A program made the translations under genes and the position numbers. A stretch of DNA of 64,000 nucleotides from Thermoproteota archaeon (GTDB taxonomy: Archaea; Thermoproteota; Thermoprotei; Gearchaeales; Gearchaeaceae), in NCBI GenBank assembly GCA_041640715.1, contig JBEPZU010000004.1, forward strand, positions 1,542 through 65,541, read 5' to 3'. How positions within the stretch are numbered: position 1 is the stretch's first letter; the number at the start of each line of letters is the position of its first letter. Shown in pieces: positions 39,733-49,892 of this stretch. Below the pieces are notes generated by a model. The model was not told where the DNA came from and made no database searches. It was given only the letters and a program-made list of their open reading frames with translations.

Positions 39733-40719
39733 ATGACTCCTAAGGTTTGTATCATAATTCTCAACTATAATGGAAGACAATATTTGGGTAGGCTTCTAGA
39801 TAAAGCTATCGAATCTGCACTCAATCAAACTCACAGTAATGTGGAGGTGTTTTTTGTTGATAACGGATCTGTCGATGACAGCGTAGAGTATGTTAAAAGG
39901 AAGTACGGCACAAAAGTGAAGGTTATAGCGTTAGAGAAAAATTACGGCTTTTGTCTCGGAAACAACTTAGCATCAAAACACGTATCCCCGGATGCCAAAT
40001 ACATTCTTTTTATGAACCCCGATGTCGTATTATCCAGCAATTATGTTGAGAAGCTCCTATCTATCATGGAGACTAACAATTCAGTAGGCATTGCCCAAGG
40101 ATTACAAGTATCATCTGATGGTTCCATTCATAGTATAGGTGGCTTCGTCGATACTTATGGGAGAAGCATCGAAATAGACATCAGAATGCTCATGCCTCTT
40201 TATTCTAATAAAGGACCGCTAACAGTACTTTGGGCCTCAGGGAGTGCAATGATGATCAAGAGTGAACTATTTGATAAGCTTGGAGGCTTTTCGCCAGAAC
40301 TGTTCATGTATCACGATGAAATAGATCTATGTTCAAGGGCTCTATTTTTAGGATATAGAACTGTATGCATCCCTGAAGTGATGTATTATCATAAAAGGGG
40401 CATTGTCGAAACACCTAATAGGATAAACTGGTTCTCTTGGTACTTTTCCAATCGCAATAGATGGCTTACAACGATTAGATACTTTCCAACTAGGCTACTC
40501 ATACTTATTGTTATCTCTCTACCTATGGAGTTCCTAATACATGTTTACAAATCAATACATGAAAAAGAAAGACAAAGAATAAGACTTTATATTCATATCA
40601 TTAAATATCTGTTTAAACACTTTAAGAGAGAAATATCAATAAGGAAAAAATATAGTAAGTATCATAAGCTTCTGTTAAATTATATAATTTCAACTCCTCT
40701 ACTGCGTGTGCGGGTCTAA
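39733..40719 (+). CDS. glycosyltransferase family 2
   Basis: 328 aa. CIIILNYNG...FFVDNGSVDDS...FMNPDV. Confidence 0.75.
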   Translation: MTPKVCIIILNYNGRQYLGRLLDKAIESALNQTHSNVEVFFVDNGSVDDSVEYVKRKYGTKVKVIALEKNYGFCLGNNLASKHVSPDAKYILFMNPDVVLSSNYVEKLLSIMETNNSVGIAQGLQVSSDGSIHSIGGFVDTYGRSIEIDIRMLMPLYSNKGPLTVLWASGSAMMIKSELFDKLGGFSPELFMYHDEIDLCSRALFLGYRTVCIPEVMYYHKRGIVETPNRINWFSWYFSNRNRWLTTIRYFPTRLLILIVISLPMEFLIHVYKSIHEKERQRIRLYIHIIKYLFKHFKREISIRKKYSKYHKLLLNYIISTPLLRVRV

Positions 40720-40871
40720 TATAATGATGATAGGGAGTCCAGGTAAAGGTATTTCTTAAACATTGAAAAAGCTTTGTTAAGTAACATAATTATCTAATTA
40801 TTTCATGCTATTCGTTACTTTTTATAAGTATTTAGTCCTTAGCAGTAACAATCCCTTCCCAGTACAAGTAC

Positions 40872-41213
40872 ATGTTATACTCACTTAATAACGTACTAGA
40901 AAATGATCATCGATTACAAATGAATACTGCAATAATATCTGAACAAGTTTGGCCCGAAGGTACAGGTGGAATCTTAGCATCTTACTTAATAACTCGTATC
41001 CTTAGCGATGCTGGGTATGAAATAACAGTTTTTCATGGTACTAAAGGAGCCAAGTCTATTGAAGGAATTCACTTCATTTATTCTAACTTCTTAAGCGTTA
41101 GGAATAAGTATGGTCTATGGCTACGTTGCTCTGTTTTGGCCAACCAAAGTTGGTTTCTTGAGCTCTTAAGCAAAAGTGATATTATTTACATTCCAAGGTA
41201 TACCAGCAGGTGA
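40872..41213 (+). pseudogene. truncated duplicate of the 5' third of the GT4 gene at 42555..43745
   Basis: Residues WPEGTGGILASYLITRIL...VRNKYGLWL...SWFLELL...IYIPRY match the N-terminus of the 42555 protein at about 75-80% nt identity, then terminate. Confidence 0.55.
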
Positions 41214-41298
41214 AGATTGCGATACGAAACTTTTTCCTTGAGAAATAGAAGATGCTTCGAAGAATTCTCTCTTTATATTCTGTAGTAAGATGAAGTAG

Positions 41299-42291
41299 AT
41301 GTCTGAGGTTAACACCCCGTTAGTAACAATAGGCATTCTCACCAAAAATAGATTCTGGTGTATCAGGAAGGTGTTGGAGGCTATTGAGTCTTTAGAATAC
41401 CCAAAGGACAAGATCAACTTAGTATTCGTTGACAATCATTCTACTGATGGGACTTTTGAAATCCTTGCAGAGTGGAAGAGCGAAATGGAGGGGCGATATT
41501 ATAATATTATTCTAATTCAGGAACATACAAATATACCGCAGGCGAGAAACCTATGCATTGAAAAGATGGTGGGGAAATATCTGCTTTTTTGGGACAGCGA
41601 CGTGGTACCTCCAAGGGACCTCTTGAAGGAAATGGTTTTCATTATGGAAAACAATCTATCGTTGGGCATAATTGGGGCTGACTACATATATGAGGCCGCT
41701 TTAAAGATAAAGCGTAAGCTTATCCTCAATAAGAAAAGCCACGCCACATATATGGGTTTCACGCTGATCAGGAGAGACGTGTTCGAAAAAGTGGGAGGAT
41801 TTAATGAGAATCTTAGCGGTAGCGAGGACACTGAATTTTGCATTAGAGTTGTGGAAAAGACAAATTACAAAATTATGTGGTCACCTAAGCCCGTTTTGCA
41901 TCTTAAAAGACTGGAAGACGTGAAAAGAAAAGGCCTTGTAAAGTCATGGGTGAAGTATAACTTTGTTGTTAGGGCTGAAGAATACTATAGAATATTTGGA
42001 AGTTTACCAAAATTCCTTAAAGCAAGGATATTTTACTACTTAGGATTACCTTGGGCAGTAGTCGCAAGCTTCATTGGAGCTATCATAAATGGACAGTTTT
42101 TAGCGATCGTGTTGTTAATATACTTAGCACCTAGCATATATTTAGTTATTAAGCAGAATGGTCTTAAAGATGGCATGGTAACGTGGCTTAGGTTTAACTT
42201 TCCTATAGGCTTAGCCCTCTCATACGGGGTGCTTAAAGTTGCAATCAAAAGGCATGTTTTAACCCATAAGAAAACATTCATGAGATTATAA
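41299..42291 (+). CDS. glycosyltransferase family 2
   Basis: 330 aa. VTIGILTKN...VFVDNHSTDGT...WDSDV. C-terminal TM helices. Confidence 0.75.
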   Translation: MSEVNTPLVTIGILTKNRFWCIRKVLEAIESLEYPKDKINLVFVDNHSTDGTFEILAEWKSEMEGRYYNIILIQEHTNIPQARNLCIEKMVGKYLLFWDSDVVPPRDLLKEMVFIMENNLSLGIIGADYIYEAALKIKRKLILNKKSHATYMGFTLIRRDVFEKVGGFNENLSGSEDTEFCIRVVEKTNYKIMWSPKPVLHLKRLEDVKRKGLVKSWVKYNFVVRAEEYYRIFGSLPKFLKARIFYYLGLPWAVVASFIGAIINGQFLAIVLLIYLAPSIYLVIKQNGLKDGMVTWLRFNFPIGLALSYGVLKVAIKRHVLTHKKTFMRL

Positions 42292-42554
42292 TGCAGATGT
42301 CTCTTACGATATCTGTTGTAAACATCACAAAGGGCGAGCCTAGAATCGATATATTTTAGAATCGCTATTGCATCAGACTGTTAAGTCTTGTGAGGTTCTG
42401 ATAGTTGATGAGACCGATCTCGGAATATGCATACAATGCTACGGCTACAGGGCTACTGGAACTACGGCAACTTGCTACACGCATTATGTATCAAGCATAA
42501 CATCCAAGATTGGTGGATTAGCGTACTATTTCATGAATTTCATGAATAGTAAAA

Positions 42555-43745
42555 ATGAGAGTCTTGGTGGTGTCTGAGCATTGGTGGCCTGAGGGCACAG
42601 GAGGGATTCTAGCATCCTATCTTATAACCCGTATTCTCAGAGATGCTGGATTTAAGTTAACTGTTGTTCACGGCACTAAATTGGCGAAGCCTATTGAAGG
42701 CGTTCGCTTCGTTTATTCTAACTTCTTAAATGTGAGAAATAAGTATGGTCTATGGCTCAGTTGCTCAGCTTTATCTAGGCAAAGCTGGTTTCTTGAGATC
42801 TTAAGAAAAAGCGATGTCGTTTACATTCCAAGGTATTGTTATCCACTTATACCCTTTGCTAAAAAGCTGGGAAAGAAGGTTATAGTCCACTTGCATGACT
42901 ATCAGCCAATATCATACAGCGCCACTGTTCTCAACAACTCAATAGACTATGAAAGCGTTAGAGAATCTGTGAAATTTGAGATTCTTGAACATCAAAACAT
43001 CTCAAGAGCCATTTTGGGAGGATTTGTTGCGCATATGAATAAATTGGGTAGGCTTTGGCTTAGAAGAGCTGACACAATAATATGCGTATCTAATAGGCAA
43101 GCAGAAATCATCTCTACATACTCTCATGAGCTTGCCAATAAGATTAGAGTCATTTACAATCCGCTTCCTAATACACAACCTATAGAAAAAGAGCTTGAAG
43201 ATTTCACTTTTCTCTACTTGGGCGGTGACAGCTATGTTAAAGGCTTCCACGTATTCTTAAAGGCATCCTACGAAGTGGCCAAAAGACATAGAGATGTTAA
43301 GTTCGTTTTAACAAGAAGCTTAAGTAGGAAGAATGAGATTAGACTTAAAGCGTTAAATAATAAACTCAGCAGGAATGCCTATCACATGCTTGGGCATATT
43401 AGGCATGAAGATGTAATGCGGTTGTACTCTAAAGCATGTGCTCTGCTCTTTCCCTCTATCTGGGAAGAGCCAATGCCATATGCAGTTATGGAGTCCATGC
43501 TTGCTGGTACAATTCCAATAGCCTCTAGAGTTGGAGGAGTTCCCGAGATGATTCAAGGATCTTATGCTGAAAAAATACTATTTGCACCTGGAGATGCAGA
43601 CGAGCTCATTGATAGAATGGAGAAAGTTATGTCGCTATCCAAAGGGGAGCTTATGGAAATCGGAATTAGTTTAAGAGAAAGTGCTTTCAAGAGGTTTAAT
43701 GTCGATGTTATCAAGGATCAAATACTCAATGTTTTTCAATGTTAG
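42555..43745 (+). CDS. glycosyltransferase family 4
   Basis: 396 aa. EEPMPYAVMESMLAGTIPIASRVGG motif. Confidence 0.8.
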   Translation: MRVLVVSEHWWPEGTGGILASYLITRILRDAGFKLTVVHGTKLAKPIEGVRFVYSNFLNVRNKYGLWLSCSALSRQSWFLEILRKSDVVYIPRYCYPLIPFAKKLGKKVIVHLHDYQPISYSATVLNNSIDYESVRESVKFEILEHQNISRAILGGFVAHMNKLGRLWLRRADTIICVSNRQAEIISTYSHELANKIRVIYNPLPNTQPIEKELEDFTFLYLGGDSYVKGFHVFLKASYEVAKRHRDVKFVLTRSLSRKNEIRLKALNNKLSRNAYHMLGHIRHEDVMRLYSKACALLFPSIWEEPMPYAVMESMLAGTIPIASRVGGVPEMIQGSYAEKILFAPGDADELIDRMEKVMSLSKGELMEIGISLRESAFKRFNVDVIKDQILNVFQC

Positions 43746-44462
43746 CTGGTAAAAGTGGGTGAAATTAAGCGAAGTGAGCAGATAGCAGTGAAAAGTGAGG
43801 AATAGTGAAAGAATAAATCTTCGAACTTAAAGCGAACATAAGTAGTAAGGAGAAGATAGGCGAACTTCGCAGACTTCTAAAGGAAAGCTATTCGATAAGT
43901 AAGGCTACTAAAACGGTAAGAAATGGTTGAAAGAATTTTACAATATTCACCAATAAATGCGATAATTCGGAGATTCTCATACCATTACCGAAAAGCTTTC
44001 TTAAACATTATAAAGAGCGATACTTCAAAGCTGTTAGCTTGCTTCTAGATGAAGTTGCAAAGCAAATACCAATAAGGCGCATCATACGAAGTCTTGCTTC
44101 AAAAGCCAGCTGACTTCTATGTTAAGCTTCCCGAGAAATTGGGCAAAGAATGAATAAAGTTAGCCCAAGATTTTATAAAAGCATGGATGAAGTTTGGAAG
44201 TCTTTGCTTAAATATAAATATCTGCCTTAGGAAATGTAGATATCGTTTTATCGTGCGATGATCGAGAGAAATGATATCTCTCGCAAGTCATGAAAATTGC
44301 AGAAGGTTTAGTAACTCTATGTTTACTGCACTAAATCCATGCGATATATACAGCTTTTAATACGTAATGTTGGTTAGGTTAATTCTTTGGAGAATTATCA
44401 AGACTCAGACATGGACGCACTCTTGAGTACTGTAAAAGCTACAGGCGTTGGTTTAACCTAAT

Positions 44463-45319
44463 ATGAACCAAAAGAAAAGTCGCATCAAGGAATGGATAAG
44501 AAAGCATCCTAAAATCCTGGCCTATGCGCTCGTGCTCAGAAAACATTATCGGCATCTAAAACTCCTCAATAGGAAATTTATTGCGCTCGTGAAATTTAAT
44601 ATAATCTGGCCAATTCTAATAAGAGATAAAGAAATTGAAAACATCAATCTTTTCGAACATAAAGTATATTCCCAAAATGGCGAAGATGGCATCATTATGA
44701 TGATATTCCGCAAAATAGGAACTACTAACAAGTTTTGTGTCGAACTTGGAGTTGGTGACGGTAGTGAATGTAATACGCGCTACCTGATTGAAAAGAAAGG
44801 ATTTAAGTATTTGCACATCGATGCTGGCAATTATCCTAAAAAATATACTGATATTAAGAAAGAGTTCATCACAGCAGAAAACATCAATGACTTATTTAAG
44901 AAATATAATGTTCCAGAGGAATTCGACTTATTGTCAATAGATATCGATTACAACACCTATTGGGTTTGGAAGGCACTTGAAGGATACAAACCTCGTGTAG
45001 TCGTTATAGAATACAACTCAAGCATTCCTCCAACCGAAAGCAAGGCAGTTAATACGGCCCGAACAGAATGTGGGATGGAACTAACTATTTTGGAGCAAGT
45101 TTGTTAGCACTAGTAAAATTGGGAAAACTAAAAGGCTATACATTGATTGGTTGCGAAAAGAGAGGGATGAATGCTTTTTTCATAAGAGATGATTTAGTAA
45201 AAGGCAATTTCGCGGTAAAAGATATTAAAGAACTTTATAAACCGCCTCGTTATGGGATAAAAATGAATAAAAGGTATATTGGGCATCCACCAAGCAATGA
45301 GCAGTTTATTCCTGTATAA
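44463..45319 (+). pseudogene. putative SAM-dependent methyltransferase split by a -1 frameshift (44463..45107 and 45068..45319)
   Basis: ORF1 carries SQNGEDGII and ELGVGDG (MTase motif I-like). ORF2 overlaps by 40 nt in another frame and continues to a natural C-terminus. Confidence 0.4.
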
Positions 45320-45408
45320 CCTCCATTAAAAACCGTGGAAAAGAAGTACTTCTCTAGCGCATGAACATGAAACTTGACATACCATGGAAAGAGTTGGGCA
45401 AAGGATTA

Positions 45409-45435
45409 CACCACATAGCGCGCCGCTATGTGGTG
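45409..45435. repeat. GC-rich perfect 12-bp inverted repeat (CACCACATAGCG-CGC-CGCTATGTGGTG)
   Basis: Read directly from the sequence. Unusually GC-rich for this window. Lies in the gap between the split MTase and the next GT4 gene. Confidence 0.6.
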
Positions 45436-45552
45436 CACGTTACTATGTATTGCATTTTGACCTTTATTCGCAAGTAAACAGTGCGTGCTAAGTATGATAT
45501 GTATGAATAAATTAAAAGCTGATGAAACAGGAAAAGTAATATATAAATTGAT

Positions 45553-46668
45553 TTGAGGATCTGTTTTATCACTAGCGAATTGTTCATAGGCAAGAGACGA
45601 GGCGGCTATGGCAAGTTAGTTAGGATTGTGGGAAGAGAGCTTGTAAAACGAGGTTTCAATGTTTCCGTAATCTGTTGGAGCGAGCCTGGAAGCAAGCTTA
45701 TTACTGAATTAGATGGAATGGAGATACTCAGCTATCCTTATACTCTTACTACACGTTCCCCACTCAAGCACATAATTGATTATACTAAAATCATTCCATT
45801 AATCAAAAGTGTAAATGCTGATGTATACATCTCGATTGACTGCATGGTTGAAACTTATATTGCACAGAAGATCATGCCGAATAGAAAGCATGTGATATGG
45901 GTTCAAGATCCCTTTGACTGGAGGGATTATGAACTTCTAGGCTCCATAGACCCGAATTATAAAATTAGTCGATTGAGATTCTGGGTTAACACTAAGCTTT
46001 ATAGCATAACATACAAGAAAACAGACCTGATTCTGACTCAAGCAAAACACTATATACCAAAGATAGCCAAACTTTATGGTGTAAATCCAGATAGAGTAAT
46101 ATACTTGCCTAATCCTGTCGAGTATATACCTGATGAAGACTCACTAGCCAAGTCTAGAGAGCCTATTGTGTGCTTTTTAGGACGCATGGATCCCCAGAAG
46201 AGGTACTGGCTATTCTTTAAGTTGGCAAGGGAGTTTCCAAGCATCAAGTTCATAGCCATTGGCAGACCGAGCCTACTTTACGAAGAATTGTACAAGCAGG
46301 TCGTGAGAAAACATCAAGGGCTTGAAAACCTCAAGATCCTCGGCTTCGTCGATGAAAGAAAAAAGTCTGAAATATTAGCTAAAAGTTGGATCCTATGTTT
46401 GCCGAGCATACGAGAAGGACTCCCATTAGCTTTCCTAGAGGCTTTAGCACATAAGTGTGCACTATTAAGTACAGTAAATCCAGATAATTTAACTAGAAGA
46501 TTCGGATATTATGTAAAAGATAGCAGTCTTAACGAAGGACTAAATAAACTATTAGACAATGATACATGGAGAGGAAAAGGAGAGGATGGCTATGCATATG
46601 TTCTCAAGATGCATCCATTAAATAAAATCATGGGCGAGCTTATCAAGGAATTAGAGCTACTGCATTAA
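45553..46668 (+). CDS. glycosyltransferase family 4 (TTG start on the track)
   Basis: 371 aa. REGLPLAFLEALAHKCALLST motif. Confidence 0.7.
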   Translation: MRICFITSELFIGKRRGGYGKLVRIVGRELVKRGFNVSVICWSEPGSKLITELDGMEILSYPYTLTTRSPLKHIIDYTKIIPLIKSVNADVYISIDCMVETYIAQKIMPNRKHVIWVQDPFDWRDYELLGSIDPNYKISRLRFWVNTKLYSITYKKTDLILTQAKHYIPKIAKLYGVNPDRVIYLPNPVEYIPDEDSLAKSREPIVCFLGRMDPQKRYWLFFKLAREFPSIKFIAIGRPSLLYEELYKQVVRKHQGLENLKILGFVDERKKSEILAKSWILCLPSIREGLPLAFLEALAHKCALLSTVNPDNLTRRFGYYVKDSSLNEGLNKLLDNDTWRGKGEDGYAYVLKMHPLNKIMGELIKELELLH

Positions 46669-46671
46669 TTT

Positions 46672-47760
46672 ATGAAGAAACTCCTTTTATATTCTATGGC
46701 ATATCTGAGGTCAAAGATTTTGTCGCTTAGAGCTATAGTTTCAATGTTTTCAGGCTGGTATAACATTCTTCAAGTATTTTTCTTTGGTGGAAGAAGTAGC
46801 GTGATCCTGCATGACCGTCTAGGAAAAGAAATAAGGATAACTGTAGATAGACATAATGTAAATGCAGTCATTCAATTGGCAAGAAATCTCTATAGGTGTA
46901 GAAATTGGAACTGGTGGCTTACGGATGATAGCATTAATCTAGCTTTAGCTAACAAATATATAAAGCCTTTTCAAATTAAAGCGCTATTAAATGATCCGAC
47001 AGAGTTGCTACGTTTTCATAATTTATGCGTGTTATCAAATTACCCTTTTAGTATCGAAAAGCAAGATGAAGAACACTACTTAATAAACGTAAATGGTCTA
47101 AAATGGTCTATAAGGGAGAAAGTAGGTGAAGATATAACTGAAGGACCTTTACTTCCCTATGTTCATGAGTCATATGAATATCGACGTTGGTTCTCTAATA
47201 TCATCAAACCCGGTGATATTTTCGTAGATGTCGGAGCATTTATTGGGGGCTATAGTGTTAGAGCATGTAAATTAGGAGCTATGACAATTGCAATAGAGCC
47301 TGATAAAGAAAACTTCATGATTTTAAGTAAGAATTTGGAGATGAACAATTGCATAAATGTTCATCTATTAAATGTAGCTTTAGGCAGCGAGCCTGGTATT
47401 CTTCCCCTTTATGCACCTGATGATGAATACATGTCTCAAAACTTCAGCTTAGCTAAAAAAGGAAAATTGAGGAGTTACGTCAAAGTCGTACGGCTAGATG
47501 ATGTATTAATGTCTATGTTGAGTACCAATGAGAATGTGAAGCTTATAAAGATCGACGTAGAAGGATTTGAACTTGAAGTATTAAAGGGCATGGAAAATAC
47601 ATTGAAGAAAACTTCCTATGTCATGATCGAGGTTACTCCTATCACCAAGCGTAAGGTTTGCACTATGCTACTAAGCAAAGGTTTTAAACTTATCGATTCA
47701 TGTAAACATTCTAGATATCCTATCACTTGGCAAAATTTGCTTTTTAAGGCTACATTGTAA
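46672..47760 (+). CDS. FkbM-family methyltransferase
   Basis: 362 aa. FVDVGAFIGGYS...IAIEPDKENF...KIDVEGFELEVLKG FkbM signature. Confidence 0.75.
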   Translation: MKKLLLYSMAYLRSKILSLRAIVSMFSGWYNILQVFFFGGRSSVILHDRLGKEIRITVDRHNVNAVIQLARNLYRCRNWNWWLTDDSINLALANKYIKPFQIKALLNDPTELLRFHNLCVLSNYPFSIEKQDEEHYLINVNGLKWSIREKVGEDITEGPLLPYVHESYEYRRWFSNIIKPGDIFVDVGAFIGGYSVRACKLGAMTIAIEPDKENFMILSKNLEMNNCINVHLLNVALGSEPGILPLYAPDDEYMSQNFSLAKKGKLRSYVKVVRLDDVLMSMLSTNENVKLIKIDVEGFELEVLKGMENTLKKTSYVMIEVTPITKRKVCTMLLSKGFKLIDSCKHSRYPITWQNLLFKATL

Positions 47761-47886
47761 CATAGAAGTTTCAATGATGAAGAACTGGCTTATAGACAAA
47801 AGTTGAACTTTATGGCCGCACCGTTAAGACGCCTTTCAGAGATATTAAGATTTTATCTTAGCGCTAAGACAAGAAATTAAAGCCGA

Positions 47887-48200
47887 TTGCTCTTTTTCTA
47901 TATAACATATGAATGCAACCTAAGATGCAAGCATTGCAATTTGTGGTTAGATCACGACCATGAAAGTGAGATGGATCATGAACAGATTAGGAAACCCTTT
48001 ATTGAACTTGTAAAGACTGGAGTCAAAGAAATCACCACACGTATATATCCATGTGGCATGTGGTTGAATCGGTAGAGCACATTGATGATACTGTACTAAT
48101 GAATGGTATTTCTGAAAGGTTAAGAGGGAGGGAAAATAGCGAGCTACTGGGATGTTTTGGATGTTATGGACAGACAATATAACCATGGAAACCATGTACC
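47887..48200 (+). pseudogene. remnant of a radical SAM (SPASM-type?) enzyme gene
   Basis: 62-aa ORF with CNLRCKHCNLW (CxxxCxxC radical SAM cluster motif), then stops. Downstream frames retain a Cys-rich fragment (GCFGCYGQ). Confidence 0.4.
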
Positions 48201-48269
48201 AGAATCAATAACTCTCTGTTAAGAATACCAGGAAATAAAAGAATAGTTAAATTAAAGCGTAAAGCGTGC

Positions 48270-49013
48270 ATGTCCAAAAATTCCATATCCTCTGAGGAAG
48301 AATTCTTAGAGAAATTGAAAGGAAAGCTAATTATTTTCTTAGGTCCTGTTGGTGTAGGTAAGTCTACCGTAATTGACGTTTTAACTTCCTACATGCTGAG
48401 ATCTGTTAATGCTAGAATTCATAGAACCTTTATTAAGTCTTTCCATGGATTAAGCTATGCGTTGTGGGTTTTTATAGCTAAGTTGCTTGGATTACCTAGG
48501 GATTATGCTCCTTGGTACTCCGTGCCGATGCGAGGTTATGTCGACGTTGCAAGGATTTTATCTCTCCTTTCAGCTAGCATAGATGCCCTTGTAAACATGC
48601 CACTTAAAATACTCATTATTAAAATGCTTAAATTAATGGGCTATACTGTCATTTCAGAGGAGTATCTACATTCAACGATTATTGACTACTTATATACCTA
48701 TGCACACTTAAATATTAAGTCTAGACTATACACGATTCTTCCTCTCATCATACTCTATTCCTTAGCCCTTAAGCATAAGCCAGACATCGCTATAATCTTA
48801 GATTCCAGTATGGATGAGGTCATGAAGAGGTGGACTGTTAGAGGTTATGGTGATCCCCAATTAAAGTATATTAAGATGCAGAACCTGTTGATTAGAAGGT
48901 TGCTTAAAGGGAGCTTTCCAACCCTTAATGCGTATGTGATTGATACGAGTAACATGAGTGTTAGGGAAACTGTCTCAAAAGTCATTAAGATTCTTCAGTT
49001 AGAGGTGGATTAG
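48270..49013 (+). CDS. P-loop NTPase, thymidylate-kinase-like fold
   Basis: 247 aa. Walker A FLGPVGVGKST. Confidence 0.4.
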   Translation: MSKNSISSEEEFLEKLKGKLIIFLGPVGVGKSTVIDVLTSYMLRSVNARIHRTFIKSFHGLSYALWVFIAKLLGLPRDYAPWYSVPMRGYVDVARILSLLSASIDALVNMPLKILIIKMLKLMGYTVISEEYLHSTIIDYLYTYAHLNIKSRLYTILPLIILYSLALKHKPDIAIILDSSMDEVMKRWTVRGYGDPQLKYIKMQNLLIRRLLKGSFPTLNAYVIDTSNMSVRETVSKVIKILQLEVD

Positions 49014-49016
49014 TCC

Positions 49017-49892
49017 TTGGCATCTCTCTTAAGAAAGCCCGATGTGAAAGGATTCGCTATCTCCCTTAGAAGACATGTTAGTGGAACAATATATGATGTT
49101 ATCATCAGGTATTTCATGACCTCCTTCCTGATGACATATTGGGCTAAGGGTTTATCTAAATGGCTTATCCTCTTTAGGGATCTTCTTCAAGCGAAGAGCT
49201 TCTTACTTATAGTTCTTGATGATGCCCGTTACGATGTATTTAAGGCACTTTTCTCAAGGTATTTGAGCGGTACATTACGTAAAGTAGTTGTACCTCCACC
49301 TCACACTTACGGTTGGATACCCAAGGCCTTCTCCTTACCCGAGTTTAAGCATATAAGAATATTCTATGGTAGCTTAGGTATCAGAACTCATGACATCAAG
49401 ATCAAGGATTTCGTACCTGATGGTAAAGATGTTGAGGTACATGTTGTAAAGCCTAAGATGTTTAGTAATTTAAAGACAGTCTTGCCTAGCGAGATTAACG
49501 ATGTAATTAGAAGAGTTGGTTTAAGAGGAAGAGATATTATATGGTACACTCAGCCACACTTCCCTTGGGTTTGCGATCCAGAACTATCGCTAATGCTAAT
49601 GCATGAAGCCCTCATCCATGATTATCTACCTCCAGACATCATTAGGCACACTTTGAAGAAACGTAGCATTAGCAGAGAACGTATCCTGAAAGCTTATTTC
49701 TGCAATATGGAGTTAGCCTTAAAGGGTGTTAAGGAATTACTTGAATATGTTTGCATATTAGGGTTAAAGTACGAGAGGATTGTAGTTACATCAGATCATG
49801 GAGAGATGCTTGGTGAGTTCGGTTTATACTTACACCAAGAGTACAACTTACCACAATTAACCATAGTTCCGTGGCTTGAGGTTAGAATATAG
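49017..49892 (+). CDS. alkaline-phosphatase-superfamily protein (type I phosphodiesterase/NPP- or sulfatase-like)
   Basis: 291 aa. N-terminal LIVLDDARYDVF and C-terminal VVTSDHGEMLGE, the two metal-site motifs of the AP superfamily. Confidence 0.45.
   Translation: MASLLRKPDVKGFAISLRRHVSGTIYDVIIRYFMTSFLMTYWAKGLSKWLILFRDLLQAKSFLLIVLDDARYDVFKALFSRYLSGTLRKVVVPPPHTYGWIPKAFSLPEFKHIRIFYGSLGIRTHDIKIKDFVPDGKDVEVHVVKPKMFSNLKTVLPSEINDVIRRVGLRGRDIIWYTQPHFPWVCDPELSLMLMHEALIHDYLPPDIIRHTLKKRSISRERILKAYFCNMELALKGVKELLEYVCILGLKYERIVVTSDHGEMLGEFGLYLHQEYNLPQLTIVPWLEVRI

Noticed and set aside
42368-42577. 69-aa ORF between the GT2 and GT4 genes
   Set aside because: No motif, Cys/Tyr/Thr-rich odd composition, overlaps the GT4 start. 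Probably non-coding leader.
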